In this document: positions 10,206 to 24,236 of the stretch, piece after piece | How positions within the stretch are numbered: position 1 is the first letter of the stretch | Layout: each line of letters opens with the position of its first letter | NCBI GenBank assembly: GCA_009103225.1 | Contig: RHPI01003009.1 | Span: 37,463-82,794, forward strand | Length of the DNA stretch: 45,332 nt | Direction of reading: 5' to 3' | From: Chlorokybus atmophyticus | Taxonomy: Eukaryota > Plantae > Mesostigma and Chlorokybus algae | Translations under genes and position numbers: made by a program | Notes under the pieces: model-generated | Seen by the model: the letters and a program-made list of their open reading frames with translations, nothing else | Told to the model about the DNA's origin: nothing | Databases searched by the model: none

Positions 10206-13200
10206 CTACCTATCATAGCCGGCGGTGCGCCAGCGAGCTGCCTCCTGAAACAAAGAATCAAACCCAGGATGTGCATTGCCCATTTCTGTTGTGGCTTCTC
10301 GCACAGCCTTCAACCCTTTCTGCGCAATTAACCCGAATACGCTGCGGGAGATGGAAGTCGGTATGCGGCGATGTTTGGTGAATGGTTGCAATGTCTCGTA
10401 AAATGCAAGCATCTGCGCACAGTAACACCAGGCGTCCATCAGCTCAGACAACACCATTGTCCTTGTCCATGACACAAACAAACCTACCTCATCAGCAGCA
10501 GCTATGGCCTCATTGAGCCAACCCCAATTGACATATAGTTGTAGCAGCCTGATGTAGGCTGTCAACTGGAAGCCATCATGGACACATATGCGATACGCTC
10601 TTTCAGCATCACCTGCAATAGAAGTCATTTATGCGACTCATATACTGAGCCTGGGCAAGGAGCATCATGGTTTGCATACCAAGTTTCTGCAGGCGCTCGC
10701 AAAGCAGTCCGCGACGCATCCAGTCACACGGCAGCAGGCTTGGGCCAGGAGCATCATCATCTTCATCATCATCAACATCATCAGACTCTGCCGAGCTGTC
10801 GCGTTGCTTGCCCTTGGGTTTGTTCTTGCGCTCTTGATCGCGCCACCGCAGGTACTCATACAAGTCCTGGTACATAGCCTGCAGGAATTGCATGTTGCAT
10901 GCAGTTAGCAACCCAAACTGGCGCAAGCATGTTGGGTTGGCTGCTGCAAGTAACAGTACCTGAAACATCTGATCGAGCCAACGAGCACACACGATATCTT
11001 CATGTTGATTGTCATCGGCCCAGTGCTCCTCTGTGCCTTGCTCAAATTGTGGTTGGGGAGGTGTTGAGGGTTGGGTGTCTGGGCAGTAGCAAGTCAGCTC
11101 ACAACACTGCAACTAATACCGGCAAAAGTGCTACCTTGCAGTGATAATGATCGCAGTACTGGGGTCGGGAGTCGCTTTCTTTCATTTGGCAATACGCGAT
11201 CACCATAGCTGCAAACAGCAGTGCGCGTTGCTTAAGTGATGTATGTGCCTTAGTGCAGTTGGATGCGATGGTATTGCTCCTGACCCAGCAACACTCAAGC
11301 AACGTACTGCTACAAACAGCTGTGGATGCTGTCTCACCCTCCAAAACTATCGTAAAGGGGCGGGGATTCATTGCGGTCATGAAAGCCATTGCTGGCTTTC
11401 CCGTTATCTTCATACTCACCTTCTGCTTCAGGCTCACTAAATTGCGATTCTGAGCCTGTACAGTAATGGTGCAGCTCAGATAGCAATAACACACTGTCGC
11501 ATCGAGTGCGACCTGAAGCACACCATGGAGCAGTGTCAGCATGCCAAAAGCTCTTGGGCATTACCTGAAGCACCATCTGGTGAGCGAGGTGCATTCTCAT
11601 CACTGTCATCATCCGCATCATTACCATCATCGCCTGCCTGCCCATTGTCCTCTTCAGCGTCGCCTTCAGCCATAGTGAACACGTCTGACCTAACCTGCCA
11701 AGTCAAGTACAATGTCATTCAATGATACAGTGCACGCCTTGCATTGCATTGCATTAATTGATAGTGATTGCGCACAGAAAACCACCACACACATATGCAG
11801 TGTCTGACACAACGCACCTGCAACAGCTGCTCCCAGCCAATTATGTCATAGAAGAACACCAGCAGATCATAAACTGCAGCTCTCTGATTCATTGGCAACC
11901 CGTAGTGTCCAGGACGCAGCTGCACATGACACGACCACATGTCAACCAACCACTCTCACACATATGCACAGGAACACAGCATCAGCTGCCTTCAGTCACA
12001 TAAAACTGACCGGGGGAAGCCCGCCTCCTTCACCATGCAAAGGCACTAGCTCCTCAGCTGTCATACATACAGTTGACACAATTTTGTGTCAGGAGCAATT
12101 GCAACAGGTTGCATCTGATGAGCAGCAATCAACGGCTGGTGACCAGAACAGATCACTATGTTCACTGCTGTCATCACAAACCTATCAATGCACCGATGCT
12201 TTCATCTCCAACCTCCAACTCTTCCTCCGCCAACCTTAGCACCTCTTCGAAATCGGGCTCAAGTGGGACAAAAGAGGGCTGGGTTTGTCGCGCTGCAGCA
12301 GGAGGATTTACCTATGGGCAAGCGTGTTAGCAAGGTGCCGGCATGGCGACCTACAATACACAATGAGTGCACTCACCAAGAAGGCGCTATCCTCGCTTGG
12401 AACAGGAGGCGGCATGGCGTTTAGGGCAAGCAGCGCAGATGCAAAATCTCCAGCTGCGGCTTGAGCTTTTGAAAGTAGCAGCCAACCTGGCACACATCCT
12501 GGAGCCAGGTCCACCTGCAAGCAAGCGGGTCAGAACAGGCACTAATTGCAGGTTGCATGCACAAGACAGCAGAGACACTCACCGCAGCCTGTGCCAACTC
12601 AATGGCGCGCGCAACATTGCCTGCTTCTAGTATTGCAAAACCCAAGGATACGAGACCAGGAGGCCAGTGAGGCATGGCATCAACTATGCTTTCAAGTGTC
12701 TCTGTGCCTGCTTGCACAGCAGCTAATTAGCAGTTGAACAACAGCGTTATCCTTTGTGAGATCAGGAGAGTTGCACTAACAATCTTGTGGGGATACGCAC
12801 GAACAGCTACTGGTGTTTGCTATATCTGACTACACGTGCGCACGCGTACGTGCCCCCACACAACCACATGTGCATTACCAGCTTCAAGGCGACCAAGAGC
12901 CCGCTGCACGGTTGCTACGTGCAGCACGACAGTGGGATCTTTTTGCAACATTTCGAGTAGCACGGTATCCAGTGCATGCGCAAGGCGCTGCCTGCGATTG
13001 AAATAGTCCACAAGGTAGCCTGCTAGGGCATACAATCGCCCTTCGCCTGAATCTGGGGAGGTGTCCAATCCTGTTGCAAACACATCGTCGCCCCACCTGT
13101 GACAAAGTACATGCCTTACACATGGTCTGGACAGAGCGTATCACATCTGTGCCACCCTACCATACCAGTCTGCTGGCCCCAGCATTCGTGCATTGTCGTT

Positions 13201-14172
13201 CAGCTTTTTCAGGAGATGCAAAAACTGTAACTCGTCTCGCACAGAAGGTAGAGCCGTCATGCGTCGAACGCAAAACCCTGCCAGGTGCTTGCAAGCACAC
13301 GCATACACAGGTTATTAAGATGCAAGGAATGCGGGACACAGTCACCTGTTGGTAGCGCTGTACCTGTGGTGTTATTGTCAGGCTGCGCAGGATGGCACTG
13401 ACAGAGGCACCATGCCAGACTTCTTGAGATAGTTTCTCATGCCTGTTGCCTTCCGCATCAACTGCAACCACCTTTCCACATATCCCGATCGGCAATGTTG
13501 ATAAGCATTGCATGACCCCGTGAGACACATATTGAGTGTGTGGCCCGCATGTAGCGCTAACCTTGAGTCCGCCTGGCAGCCGGAGCTCGCAGATGATGTC
13601 CATGCGCGCCAATGCTGCCAAAGATAACATGCACAGGTAGTTTATGTTAAGCCCTGCACTACCTGCATGCTTGACTGGTAGTACAACACAGCACACGCAT
13701 TGCAGCATATGCCTCAACTGAGCTAACCAGAAACGCAATGCAGGCGAATCTTGCATGCTATTGAAAAATGCTGCCGGTGCAGAGAGTGCTTGCAATTGCT
13801 TATGCATTGAGCAGTAGCAAGCATCTTACCATTGTAGCAGCAGTACACACCACTATTGATCCGCCACCCTGGCTGCCAGCGCGGGAACAGCCAGGAGCCC
13901 GCATTGGCGTCGGGAGCTTTCTCCAGCGAGCCGACAAGGGCAGCGAGGTAGGCCGCAATGGGAGCCTCGCAATCGCAGGCCAGCCCCAACACCCAATGGT
14001 AGTAGCCGACTTCTGGACCAGCGCCTTGCTTCTTGGCCAGCCAGCACAAGTCGGGCGGCCCCAGCCCAGATTGGCTGCCGAGCTGCTGCACAGACTGCAG
14101 CCTGGACTCCAGCACCTCCTTAAACTTCACCTCAACATGCTCAGGAGTAAATGCGCAGCTGTCCGAGGCCAT
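10206..14172 (-). CDS. ChAP family protein (Chs5-Arf1-binding, exomer cargo adaptor; Bch1/Bud7/Chs6-like), many exons
   Basis: The diagnostic N-terminal motifs GLGPPDLCWLAK, GYYHWVLG, IAAYL, WRINSGVYCCYN and RMDIICELRLPGG are followed by TPR-like segments (WLLLSKAQAAAGDFASALLALNAMP, DWMRRGLLCERL, AERAYRICV). Exact exon boundaries were not all resolved. Confidence 0.85.
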
Positions 14173-14809
14173 GCTTGCGGCCGGGGAAGGTTGTGCTTTC
14201 ACAATCACACCAACACAACTGGCGTTAACATCTCAAACCCCCAGGACGGCCATTCTTTACCACACCATACCACGCGCCATGTGGGCGCCCGTCTATGCTT
14301 CATCGACAGCATGGTGCGCTGTAGCATTACACCCGGCCGATAGCCAACACAATGTCAAGTGATTGCAGGGCAAACCAAGCCACCAGGATGTGTCCAACGC
14401 TCTGTCTCCCGTGTCACATCATTGCGCTGTGATCTCCAGTGCAGAAGGCTGTGGCTTAGCTGCCTTGTCTTGATGCAAGCTACACAGCAAAAACAACCGA
14501 GGAGCACGACCAGCACAGGAATCAGGTTCACAGCCTAGGTGGCAAGCAAACAGGCAAAGCAGCACGGACCAGCTGCCAGCTGGCAGCTTGGGTCCGCAAC
14601 CACAAGGTTGTTAACGCAGTTGTCCATGCCGTACGATCGTGTTGTGCCTGGCTGCCAATCGACGGCTGTCAATGCGTAGCTCTTCATTGAGGCAACGACG
14701 ATATCGGCAACTATAACGGATGAATATCGCAAGGCAAACTGGTGTTGGAATTTCCAACCCAACATAACGCACTCACTGCGTCAGCTGCGGATGTTGTTAA
14801 GATCAGATC

Positions 14810-14835
14810 TGACGTGGCATTAGGTTGACGTGGCG
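14810..14835 (+). promoter_or_regulatory. Twin TGACGTGGC (G-box/ABRE-type) motifs
   Basis: Two copies 16 bp apart lie just upstream of the ATG at 14861, within a divergent intergenic region. Confidence 0.3.
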
Positions 14836-14860
14836 GGGGACGTCGGCGGCGACGGCGGCC

Positions 14861-16701
14861 ATGTCGGCGGCAGTGGCGGGGGGTGACGAGACGCTGAGGA
14901 CCTACCAGAAGCAGTACCGTCCGGCTGCTGCTGCAGCCGACGAGCTCAACTACCCTCCGCTTAATGGCTCGGCAGATTACCTTGGCGAGCGCAATGGCGC
15001 AGCGGGTGCTGGGCGCAGAGGCGACCGCAGTAGCGGCGACGGCAATTGGCTCAATGCCATGTTTTCGAGAGCCTTGAAGAACTCGTACACACTTGCCTCT
15101 GTGGATTTGGTACACACACGCTACTTCCACCCTCCTGCCGCTTGTGCACTACTGTTGTGCATGCAGAACGCAATGTACGTTAGCACACACACACCAATTG
15201 CTTTGTACAGCTGCGAAGGCCTCCAGCTCGCAGAATTGCAGTCCAGCCTGACGACGTTGCCTCTCCGCCGCCGTATGAACCTGTGCAGAGTACGTCACGC
15301 AAATGCCTTGCTGCATTTCACGTGGATTTGTGCTGCATGTGGTGATGTTGAATGCTCAAACACTTCCGATACTGTCCAGCCATGCGTGGCCAGCATGTTG
15401 TCACAGGCTTGAAGTCGTTAACAAAGCATGTGGTGCGACTGTACAAGGTGTTTCTTGTACAGTCGCACCACATGCTTTGTTAGCAGTGTGGTTTGGTGTT
15501 GGACTGGTTTGCTGTTTGTCGCTGGTGACAAAAGTAACCCACCAATTATTGCACCTGTTCGCTCGTTACTCACACGCTCACCGCTTTGCTGCTGCAATGT
15601 GTGGGCGTGCTGCATTGTCATCTGGAAGTAGGTTTATAGTCAATGCAATGCCAGGCCGACCATGGTGGGTGCGCCAGTCGGATGTGCCCAAGTTCCGCGA
15701 GGGCACGTACGGGACTCGCTTCAAGCTGATGCGAATATGGGAGGGCGCCAGGGCTAGCGACGAGGACTTGGGCGTGGGGCAGTATCCTGTCAACTTTGGG
15801 ATAGGCGCCAGCATCAGCGTGGAAACAGGACAGGTGAAGTGTGTTACTTTCTTGCATCAAGACTAGCAACTTGTGCTCTCAACAGCATTTGTCACCATGC
15901 ACTTGTGTGTGAGCTGTACACCCTTCACGAGATGCTGAATGTGGTAGTGTTGGTGCAGCTGGATCCCGTTGTACGCTTAAAGGCGCGGTGGGCGACTTTG
16001 CGGTTTCTCCCAACACCAACACTAGAACTCAGACAGGTACCAGCTTAACTTATCTTGTCGGTGATGCCGCAGGTCACACACTAACACTGACTGGGTTGTT
16101 CAGCAGTGAGTTACTGCCAGCAGACACTCACATCATCATGTACAAGTTTACATGCAGCAGACATGATATACAAGTTGTGTACATGGTTTTGATTGTTGCG
16201 GCGTGTACTGTACATGCAGGATACATGCACGCATGATTACATGCATGTATAATCAGCGTAACTCTATACTGCAGCGATGGTTGGGTTAAAAAGAAGCTCA
16301 TTCACGTTGTTGTTTCTCAGGCCTATAGGCTGACCAAGAATCTGGCCATCGGCATGAAGTACAGGCTGCCTGTGTCAGATTTGGACCAGGGAGTGTTTGC
16401 ACCCGCACGTCTGCACGTGGCACTCTTTAACCCTGTCGGCAGCGGCATCCACCTCACCCCTTCAGGTATGATACAGCTTGTTGATTGTGCCGTGTCCCTG
16501 CATATATGCTGACTGGTTGTGTGTCTCGGTCTTTCCCGTTTAGGTTTGGAGTTTGATGAGAGGATTTTCCGGCTGGGGCCCGGCTCGCACCTGCGCCTGG
16601 GCGCTACAGTGGACCTGCCGAGGGAGTTTCCGCTTGAACCGGGGGAGCGTGTGTGGAACATTGCCATTCACAGAGCACAGCTCAAAGCACGCCTGGCGTA
16701 G
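14861..16701 (+). CDS. Multi-exon hypothetical protein, beta-strand-rich C-terminal half
   Basis: GC-rich exon segments include MSAAVAGGDETLRTYQKQY, FIVNAMPGRPWWVRQSDVPKFREG, LDPVVRLKARWATLRFLP, AIGMKYRLP and GLEFDERIFRLGPGSHLRLGATVDLP..QLKARLA*, separated by GT-AG introns. Confidence 0.7.
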
Positions 16702-17715
16702 AGATGACCACACACATTATGATGGGTTCACATTCAGTACTTCCACTGTATAGAGAAGACAAGGGAGCGTCTGAAAAGCGTCATCAAGCTTGCACGCGGT
16801 GATGTATGGGCATGTATGTGACCTTGTGGTGTAGTGCGCTGATGCTCAGGCAATGTTCAGTACGCGATTAAAGTAGAAACGTCGCACACATTGCTCGCAT
16901 TCGCTGTGCACATGGACAAGTGAGTCCTTTGTTGGGGTCCTTGCACATGTCCGTTCTGAGAATCTAGAGTACTCGACAGAAGTGTCACAACCAGTGCACG
17001 CAAGTGTAGTGCAGCAAATTGTCGCGGTGTCTCCTGCACCAAAGACACAGTGCCGCATCTTGACATGTGTATGCACTTGTGATTCTTTTGGAGTCAACAA
17101 CTGAAGCTTCCTCGAGTGTTGTTGTGTAAGCAAACTTTCGGACGTATGCACACAATTAACTGGAAGATCGGCGTACACGTTGGTCATTGACAATGTGAAT
17201 GTGCGCCTGCTGTATGCTGTGTGCTTGGTGACATATGCATGACACGATGCGTGAGCAAGCACGCCCCGCATTGTTTGTACATATGGGACATAGTTGACAA
17301 CGTCGTTGTGTTCAAAATGTCAATGTTCGGTTACTTGTGACTCTGGACTGGTCAAGCAGGGTATCAGTATGACACCTTATCAGCCACAGTAGTCAGCACA
17401 TACCACGTTTGACTATATATGTAAGGTACAAAACAGGTTGTGAAAGGTTTACAAGTAGTGGTAGATAGTGTCGTGCTAGTGAGTAGCTAGGCTACTATGT
17501 AGCCCGATGGTGTTATATGTAAATGCATGCATGCATGCGGTGTGCTGAGTTGATATGTAAATGTGCTTTGCTTGCGGTGTGCTTTGCATACGCGTGATGC
17601 AGCTTGCATCTTTTGTACAAAAAAGCGTGTACTTGGAATACAAAAAGCGTATGGCATGAAAGCAATCAGTTCCTTCAAAAACTCCACAACACGGCGGCTC
17701 AGTGACATGTGAGCA

Positions 17716-19988
17716 ATGCATTACGACCTGAGCTTGCCCGTGGCGGCAGCGGCGGCGGCGGCGGCGGCGGGAGCGGCGGGGGTGCAGGGGTCCAAGCAGG
17801 CCGTGGCAGGGACCGGCAGCAGCACTAGCGTCGTCAGCAGGGAGCTGCAGGAGAGACTCGCCACCGCCTTGCAGCTGGGTAGGGAGGGGTGCACTTGCTG
17901 TTCCAAAGAGGGTAGCTGTGGAGACTGCCAGTGTGTGACGTGCTGCTATGACAACAATCGCCCTATATGTAGATTCAATGCGTGCGCGTTCTCTCACTGT
18001 CATGAGCTCATCTTTCCTTGCAGGGTGGGACGCTGTTGCCATCAACCGGGTGGTCACGGGGCAGATAACTGAGAAGGATGTAAGTGTGGTGCCGGTGTAC
18101 TATCAAATCTACACTCATGACCATCACTATATATATAATTCCAGCCACATTGTTCATACTTGCGCATCTGCAGTGCTTGTCGTAAACCTGGACTGCGCTG
18201 CTAGCACGCAGCATCAAATGTACAAATCTCTTCTTTGTGCCAGCTCACAAGACATCTGTGCAGGCTTGCGCGAGGCAGGATGTTGAGTTGTTGCATACGC
18301 CCTCCAGTGCAGCGCGTAGTTGGCAGGTATTTTAAGTAGTGAGTCCTTTCATCTACTGTCTACCTATGCATGCAACCGTTGCACATTACTCGCTCTCTTA
18401 CATGCATACGCACACGCGGACAAGCACATGCACGCGTGCATAACCGACTCTTCAAGTTGATGTCTGTTTGGTTTTACACATTGTTGGTATGTCGCACACA
18501 GGAATTGCGCCAGTTTCATCGCCTCACACTTGTGGCTAGGGAGGTCAGCCAGACCGCCGCACTGGTAAGAGAAAGCACTACACTAGCCTTATCCCCACTG
18601 TGATGGTGCATGGGTGCATGCAGCTGCATTCTTCAAATCCATAACATACAAGCATGTGCGCAGAATGCAGCCAACCCAATATTGTCCACGTATGACATTG
18701 TCGCCGTCCAACCACTTAACGAGCGCATGTTTGAGCAGGCTTGCACCAGCCTTGAGGTACATGCGCGCATAGCAATAACACCTGAGTGAATTGTTATGCG
18801 TGCGCATGCGGTTGTGGGCGCGTGCGCATGCGCACCAGCGTGTTTGCATGTACGCGGGCGCGCAGGCGTTCGTGCCAATCGCCATCACAAGTCTAGGGAA
18901 GTGCAATGTCATTGGGATAAGTCACAATTTGAGCGTTGTTGTATGCATGCAGGTGGACATCATTACAGTTGACCTCTCCAAACGCCTGCCTTTTTGCTTG
19001 CGCACGGCCCTCGTGAAAAGCGCCATACAGGTTCATGCAAGCTGCATAGCGCTGTCCACACACTTTGGAGAAAAGCACACTGGACGTATTGGTGACACTT
19101 ACTGCCTTTTCCCCAATGCAGAGAGGTGTTGTCTGCGAGCTGGCGTGGTCTGGCCTTGTCAGGGAAGCCTCCACTACAAAGCGTGTTATAATTGGCACTG
19201 CACAGGTGGTTACGTGGCAAAAACAGTGTTGTTTACATAATTCTGAATCTAATTTGCAATAAAGTCACAACCGTGTGTGCAGGATCTTGTGAGATCTTTT
19301 GGGCGCAAGAATGTCATTGTTGCAAGCGGGGTGCTGCGGACAGCTGAGCTTAGGACACCTGATGACGTCATGAACATGTGCGCTTCTCAAACAGCCAACC
19401 TGCATGGTGCACTCAGTCATGTTTGGTTTGAGCTGATGTTGTTATGCAGAGCAACACTGTTTGGACTCAAGTATGATGCAGCGCGCGACGCCATCTCAAT
19501 CAAGTGCCGGTATGTGTAAGACTGTTGTTGTCATAGGCCTATGCATTGGTTGCTGATTGCTGCCTTTGCGCAATGGACGACACTGATTGCAGCAGTGTAA
19601 ACACTTGTTGACTGTATTGGCTTGCCGTAAGGACTCTTGTTATAACTGTCACCTTGGCAAGGACTTGTGCTTTGCTCGTTATGTGTAAGCAGCTCTGTGC
19701 TGACAGCATTTGCACTCTCTTGCCAGCTCGTTGCTCCTCCGAGGCGAGTCCCGCCGCACGCACAAGGCCACGCTCCGCCTCGCAGCCCCTCGCTGCTCAT
19801 CTGAGGAGGGAGCTGTTTCGACATCAAGCATGGATAAAGCCATTGCAGATGATATTGTGGTTCGTGAAGCAAAGAGGAAACGGGGCCGCCGAGATGAGGA
19901 CGCGACAAAAGAAGGTGGCAACACAAAGAAGAAGAGGAAGAAACGGAACAAGGGACAAGCTGGGTTGCTGTTGCGGGGCGGGGTGTGA
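17716..19988 (+). CDS. RPP30: RNase P/MRP protein subunit p30
   Basis: Motifs MHYDLSLP, VAINRVVTG, LRQFHRLTLV, YDIVAVQPLNERMFEQAC, VDIITVDLSKRLPF, GRKNVIVASG and LRTPDDVMN occur in order, followed by a basic NLS-like C-terminal tail. Confidence 0.9.
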
Positions 19989-20300
19989 TTATGGCAGTGA
20001 TGAGTGTCGGTTATTGAAGCGTTCACACAACTGACTTATGCCAAAGCATGCTGAGTTGCTGCTGGCATGTTGCAAAGGTCAGTTGTTTGCATGCACGTGT
20101 CATCATTGAAACCATGCTGACTGCATGTTGGGAAGGGTCACTTGGCAAGTGTATTCAGGTGACAGACTAGTGCTGCCGCGGTGCCCCAAGGCCTCCCCCT
20201 GGTAGTGTGTGCTTTCTTCTTTTGGGAATCGGGAATGACAACAGCGGTTATTGTGGCGCATTTGAGGCAGAGGTTGTAGAGAACGACACTGACAGGCCAT

Positions 20301-21474
20301 TCATGCTACTGTCATGGCTTCTTCAACTCTGACCATCGCAGCGGCCTCAAGGTCTCCCCTCAGGGGGATGACACACATGCACACAGCCTGCGCACATACA
20401 GGCATTCCAACACCCAACTCAGACATACCTGCCTGTAAAGGACCAGCGACAATCAGAGTGCAGCACAACTGCAAACCATGTAGCGTTACAGGCTTCTGAC
20501 GCATACTAAACTATAGACAATTGCCCTGCACATGTAGGACCTAGACGCGCGCACACTGTCACACAACATATATACGTACACGAACTTTTATCAGCATTCA
20601 TGTTGGTTGAGGCTTCTCAGCTGTTCTCCGTAGCAAAACCTCACCCTTCTCGGGCACTGACCCCTTGTTGCTCTCGCTGAGCACCTGGTCAACACCCCGC
20701 ATGACGCGCGCAAACTCCTCATCTGCACCCGCAACAGACGTGGCCTTGTCTCTCCCGCTCCCGAGCACGTCTGCTTTGAGCAGCTGCAGGCGGTCTGTGG
20801 CAGCCTTAAGTTGCGCGTCCACGTCGGAATTGCGCGCATCCACTCGCCCTTGCAACTCCCCCTCAACCTCACATAATGCCGCATCCAGTGCTTTCTTCAC
20901 AGCATCTTGCTGAGGACGAGAGGTTGGAGTTAGGGGTTTTATTGATAATGAGACGCATGCAGTTGTGTGTACCCGCTGTTTGAGGGCGTGGTCAACGGCT
21001 TGGACGGCTGCCACAACGTCACGGACATTGCTCAGGAGGACCTTCTCGCGTGCTACCTCGTGCTCGCGAGCGACAGCTAGGAACTGGAATGGTCAAGCAT
21101 GCAAACACGTCATGAAAGCTACTAACATCGTACAGTTCACGAGCATTCTGTACTCGTCTGTCTTTCCGTATCCCTGTATGCAGGCTTAGCGACATGGTTG
21201 TTTAATTCTGTGATGTTGTCTATGCAGGTGATGCACGATTGCTGCTCCATAGAGTGTAAAGTTAAAATCAATCAACCTATGATATGTTAAGTTCTTGGCG
21301 CATTCATTGCTGTGTGAATGTCCGTGAGCATGCATTGAGACAAATGCCTGTCTTCACCTGGTCGTACTGACGCTTCAAAGCGTCCGTGCGCTGAGCGATG
21401 GCCACAGTCTCGGGGTGCGGCAAACCCCTGACGTGCCTGTACACGTGTGTCAGCAGCGTCCACAGCCTTACCAT
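20301..21474 (-). CDS. Hypothetical coiled-coil protein (3' end uncertain)
   Basis: Exons MVRLWTLLTHVYRHVRGLPHPETV..QYDQ, FLAVAREHEV..ALKQR and QDAVKKALD..SVPEK join in phase 0 through GT-AG sites. Confidence 0.6.
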
Positions 21475-21827
21475 CGCCGCCGCCGCCGCCGCCGCCGCAT
21501 GAGCCTACATTACATTCCCGTAAGCAGTGCTGTTGTTAGGGTTTTGATGCCTAAAGCCCGCACCCAACACGAACATAATGTCCACAAGTCGCCAATAAGC
21601 TCACCAGTGCTCTCATCCAGATCCGATGAATTCGGTTTGATTTTGTCACTCCGGCAGGCGTATGTATCGACTGTACGGTATGAATAGAGGGACGATTGCG
21701 CTGCGCAGATTTTGCAGTGTACGGCACCAATTGCTCTGAAAGTGCATGTCACATCACATGAGGCATGTAGGCGTTGGCGGTGGTGGTGGTGCTGGCGGCG
21801 GCGGCGGCGGCGGTGAAGGCGGCTGGG

Positions 21828-23388
21828 ATGGGAAGGCGCAGCGGGAGTGCTGAGATGGGGTTGTTGGCTGGCGGGTTGGAGGGTGGCGGGACGGGGAAAG
21901 TTGCTCAGCGCGACGGCGAGGAGCAGGAAGGGCGGGGCTCGCCACCCGCAGTGGAGCAGACCTCTGTGAGGGCAATTGGCAGGCAGTACTACCAGTGGGC
22001 GAAGGCTGTGCTTCGTGCCAATGCCGCCTCCACCGCCGCTGCCGCTTCCACCGCCGCCTTTCTCGACGTAGCCCGCCCTGCCCCTCCTGCTGCTGTCGGC
22101 GCTCCCCAGGTGTAATACTTACGCGCTATATGCCAGCATGTGCCAGCAGCGCTTAGGGTTTGGTTGATCACTTCAAAATGCCATTGTGAGTGACGCCCAA
22201 TGAACACTAGGAGTCAACAAAGGACCCAACGAAAGTCCAGGCCGTCACCAGCCTGCAGCCTCGTCACAAAGCTGTTCTCACTTCTCGAGCAGGTAGGCCC
22301 TACAGTGTCTCTGCAGGATGCTTTCCGCACTTACAAGCATGCAGGCAAGCATGCAAGCATGCTTGTAAGTGCTTTTTTGCTGCCTGGCTGCCTGTGTGTT
22401 TGCTCTCATCTACAAGACCATTCGTGGATGCCCATGCAGTCTGCAGATGGCTCCTCTACCTGTGTCTGCTGACTTGTGAGTGCAGCGCACATTCAAGCAA
22501 GCATGCTTGCTTGCTTGCATGCATGTGTGCTTGTCTCTCATGCCTACAACACTGGTGTTCAGGGTTGATGCCAAAGCACCCTGCAGCAGATGGCTCATCT
22601 GATTGTGTGTACTGAAGTACTGTATGAAGTAAGGCGATTCCATAATCAAATCCCACTGTACTACTGCAGGCACTGGGACGGCTGTCATCATTCAGGATGG
22701 ACTCAGTGTGCCGGTTGTGCAACTCCAGCTGGCGCAGAAACCAGATGGGTTGCCGTTTCTGTGCAGTGCAGACATGCCTCCTACTCCTGCTCTGCCTCAT
22801 CCACCGTTGCCGAGCAGCAAAGCTTGGATGCACGACTGCAGTTACGACCAACACATGCGGAGCGACCTTCGCTCGCATGACTCGCGCAGCCGGCACAACG
22901 GTCACGCCAGCTGCAGTTACCAAGAATATGACGAAAGATGTTATGTTGACCACCGGCACCACGATGAGAGACATGGCTATCACCGCCATAGTGACTGGTA
23001 TCCGTCCAGTTCCTCTAGGCGCTATGATTTTGGTGATTGCGGCATGTCACGGCATGTGGTAGGTGCATTGCTGAATTCGTTTGGTTGATGTTAAGCAGGT
23101 CGACAGCAAGGGTCGTTGCTGTCGACCTGTTGCTATGACTAGAACAAGTTGAGTTTGAGCGATAGGTTTGTGCAGAGCTACAGGTCAGAAGCTCAATCAC
23201 GAGGATACCACAAGAGGCAACACGATGATTGCAAAAGCTGGGAACATTCATCCCTTGGCATGCGACCAAGCAGCTACAGCCCCTTGCGCAGCCGCAGTCA
23301 AAGCCCCAAACGACACCACATTGGTAGCGCCAGGGTTGTTGCAAGCAGGAGACAAGATGAAGCTAGGTATGCGCTTGGTGAAGAGTGA
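21828..23388 (+). CDS. Hypothetical low-complexity protein with an R/S/H/D-rich C-terminus
   Basis: A GC-rich first exon (MGRRSGSAEMG...) is followed by later open segments (SDLRSHDSRSRH.., SPLRSRSQSPKRHH). The middle exons are unclear. Confidence 0.4.
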
Positions 23389-24063
23389 AGTAGCCAATAC
23401 GCTGCTGTTAGGATTGCGTTTAAAACATTGCACTGCAGAAAGCGTGATGTGGATGTGAATGACCGCTGGGAGCTTGCGTCTGCACACCACTCCAGAACAC
23501 GCAATGCAGTCGACGCCTGACGATGCGATATGTGTAAACGCTTAGCAGGTTTGATTTGTATGCATGCTTAATGAATCGTGCCCATTGCCATCGTCCCGCA
23601 ATGATGTGCATGCCAGTTCTATCTGTATAGGATTAGATTATTGTGTGGACTGTGTACATATATGCGTAGGGTTAGACTGTGACTGGGAACAACTGTAAAG
23701 TAATGTTGTGAAGTGCACCCCTTGCTACTGCCTTAAGCTAGTGCTGTAGCATACTGACATTCTTTGTTTGTGGGCAACATGAACGCAAGGGCAGGGAGTC
23801 TGTGTTCATTTCAACATGTCCACCCACGTTGATCATGTTGCAATTGACAGCTGCTGCTAATAGTAAGAATATTGCAACTGGCTAGCCATGCTGGAAGGTA
23901 CCAAGCTGCCGGAAGGTGGTGTTATTTGTACATAAAGGTACACTAATTGCGTGCTGTGCTTGGTTGATTGGGAATGCTGCGGACAATCTGCAATGTGTCT
24001 CATTGTTGATTTCAAGTTTGCGCCAATGTCTTGGCAGGTGCTCACGCTATTCAGGAGGTCACG

Positions 24064-24165
24064 CTATTCAGCAGGTGGTTCTTCGGCCGCCGGCTCAGGG
24101 CCCGACTCTGGTTCCGCGGCGGGCTCTGGCTCGGCCTCTGGCTCAGGCTCAGGCTCAGGCTCAGC

Positions 24166-24236
<71 letters not shown>

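Noticed and set aside
15428-15445. Outlying copy of the array motif (CATGTGGTGCGACTGT)
   Set aside because: It is a single short match inside a coding exon and is compatible with chance.
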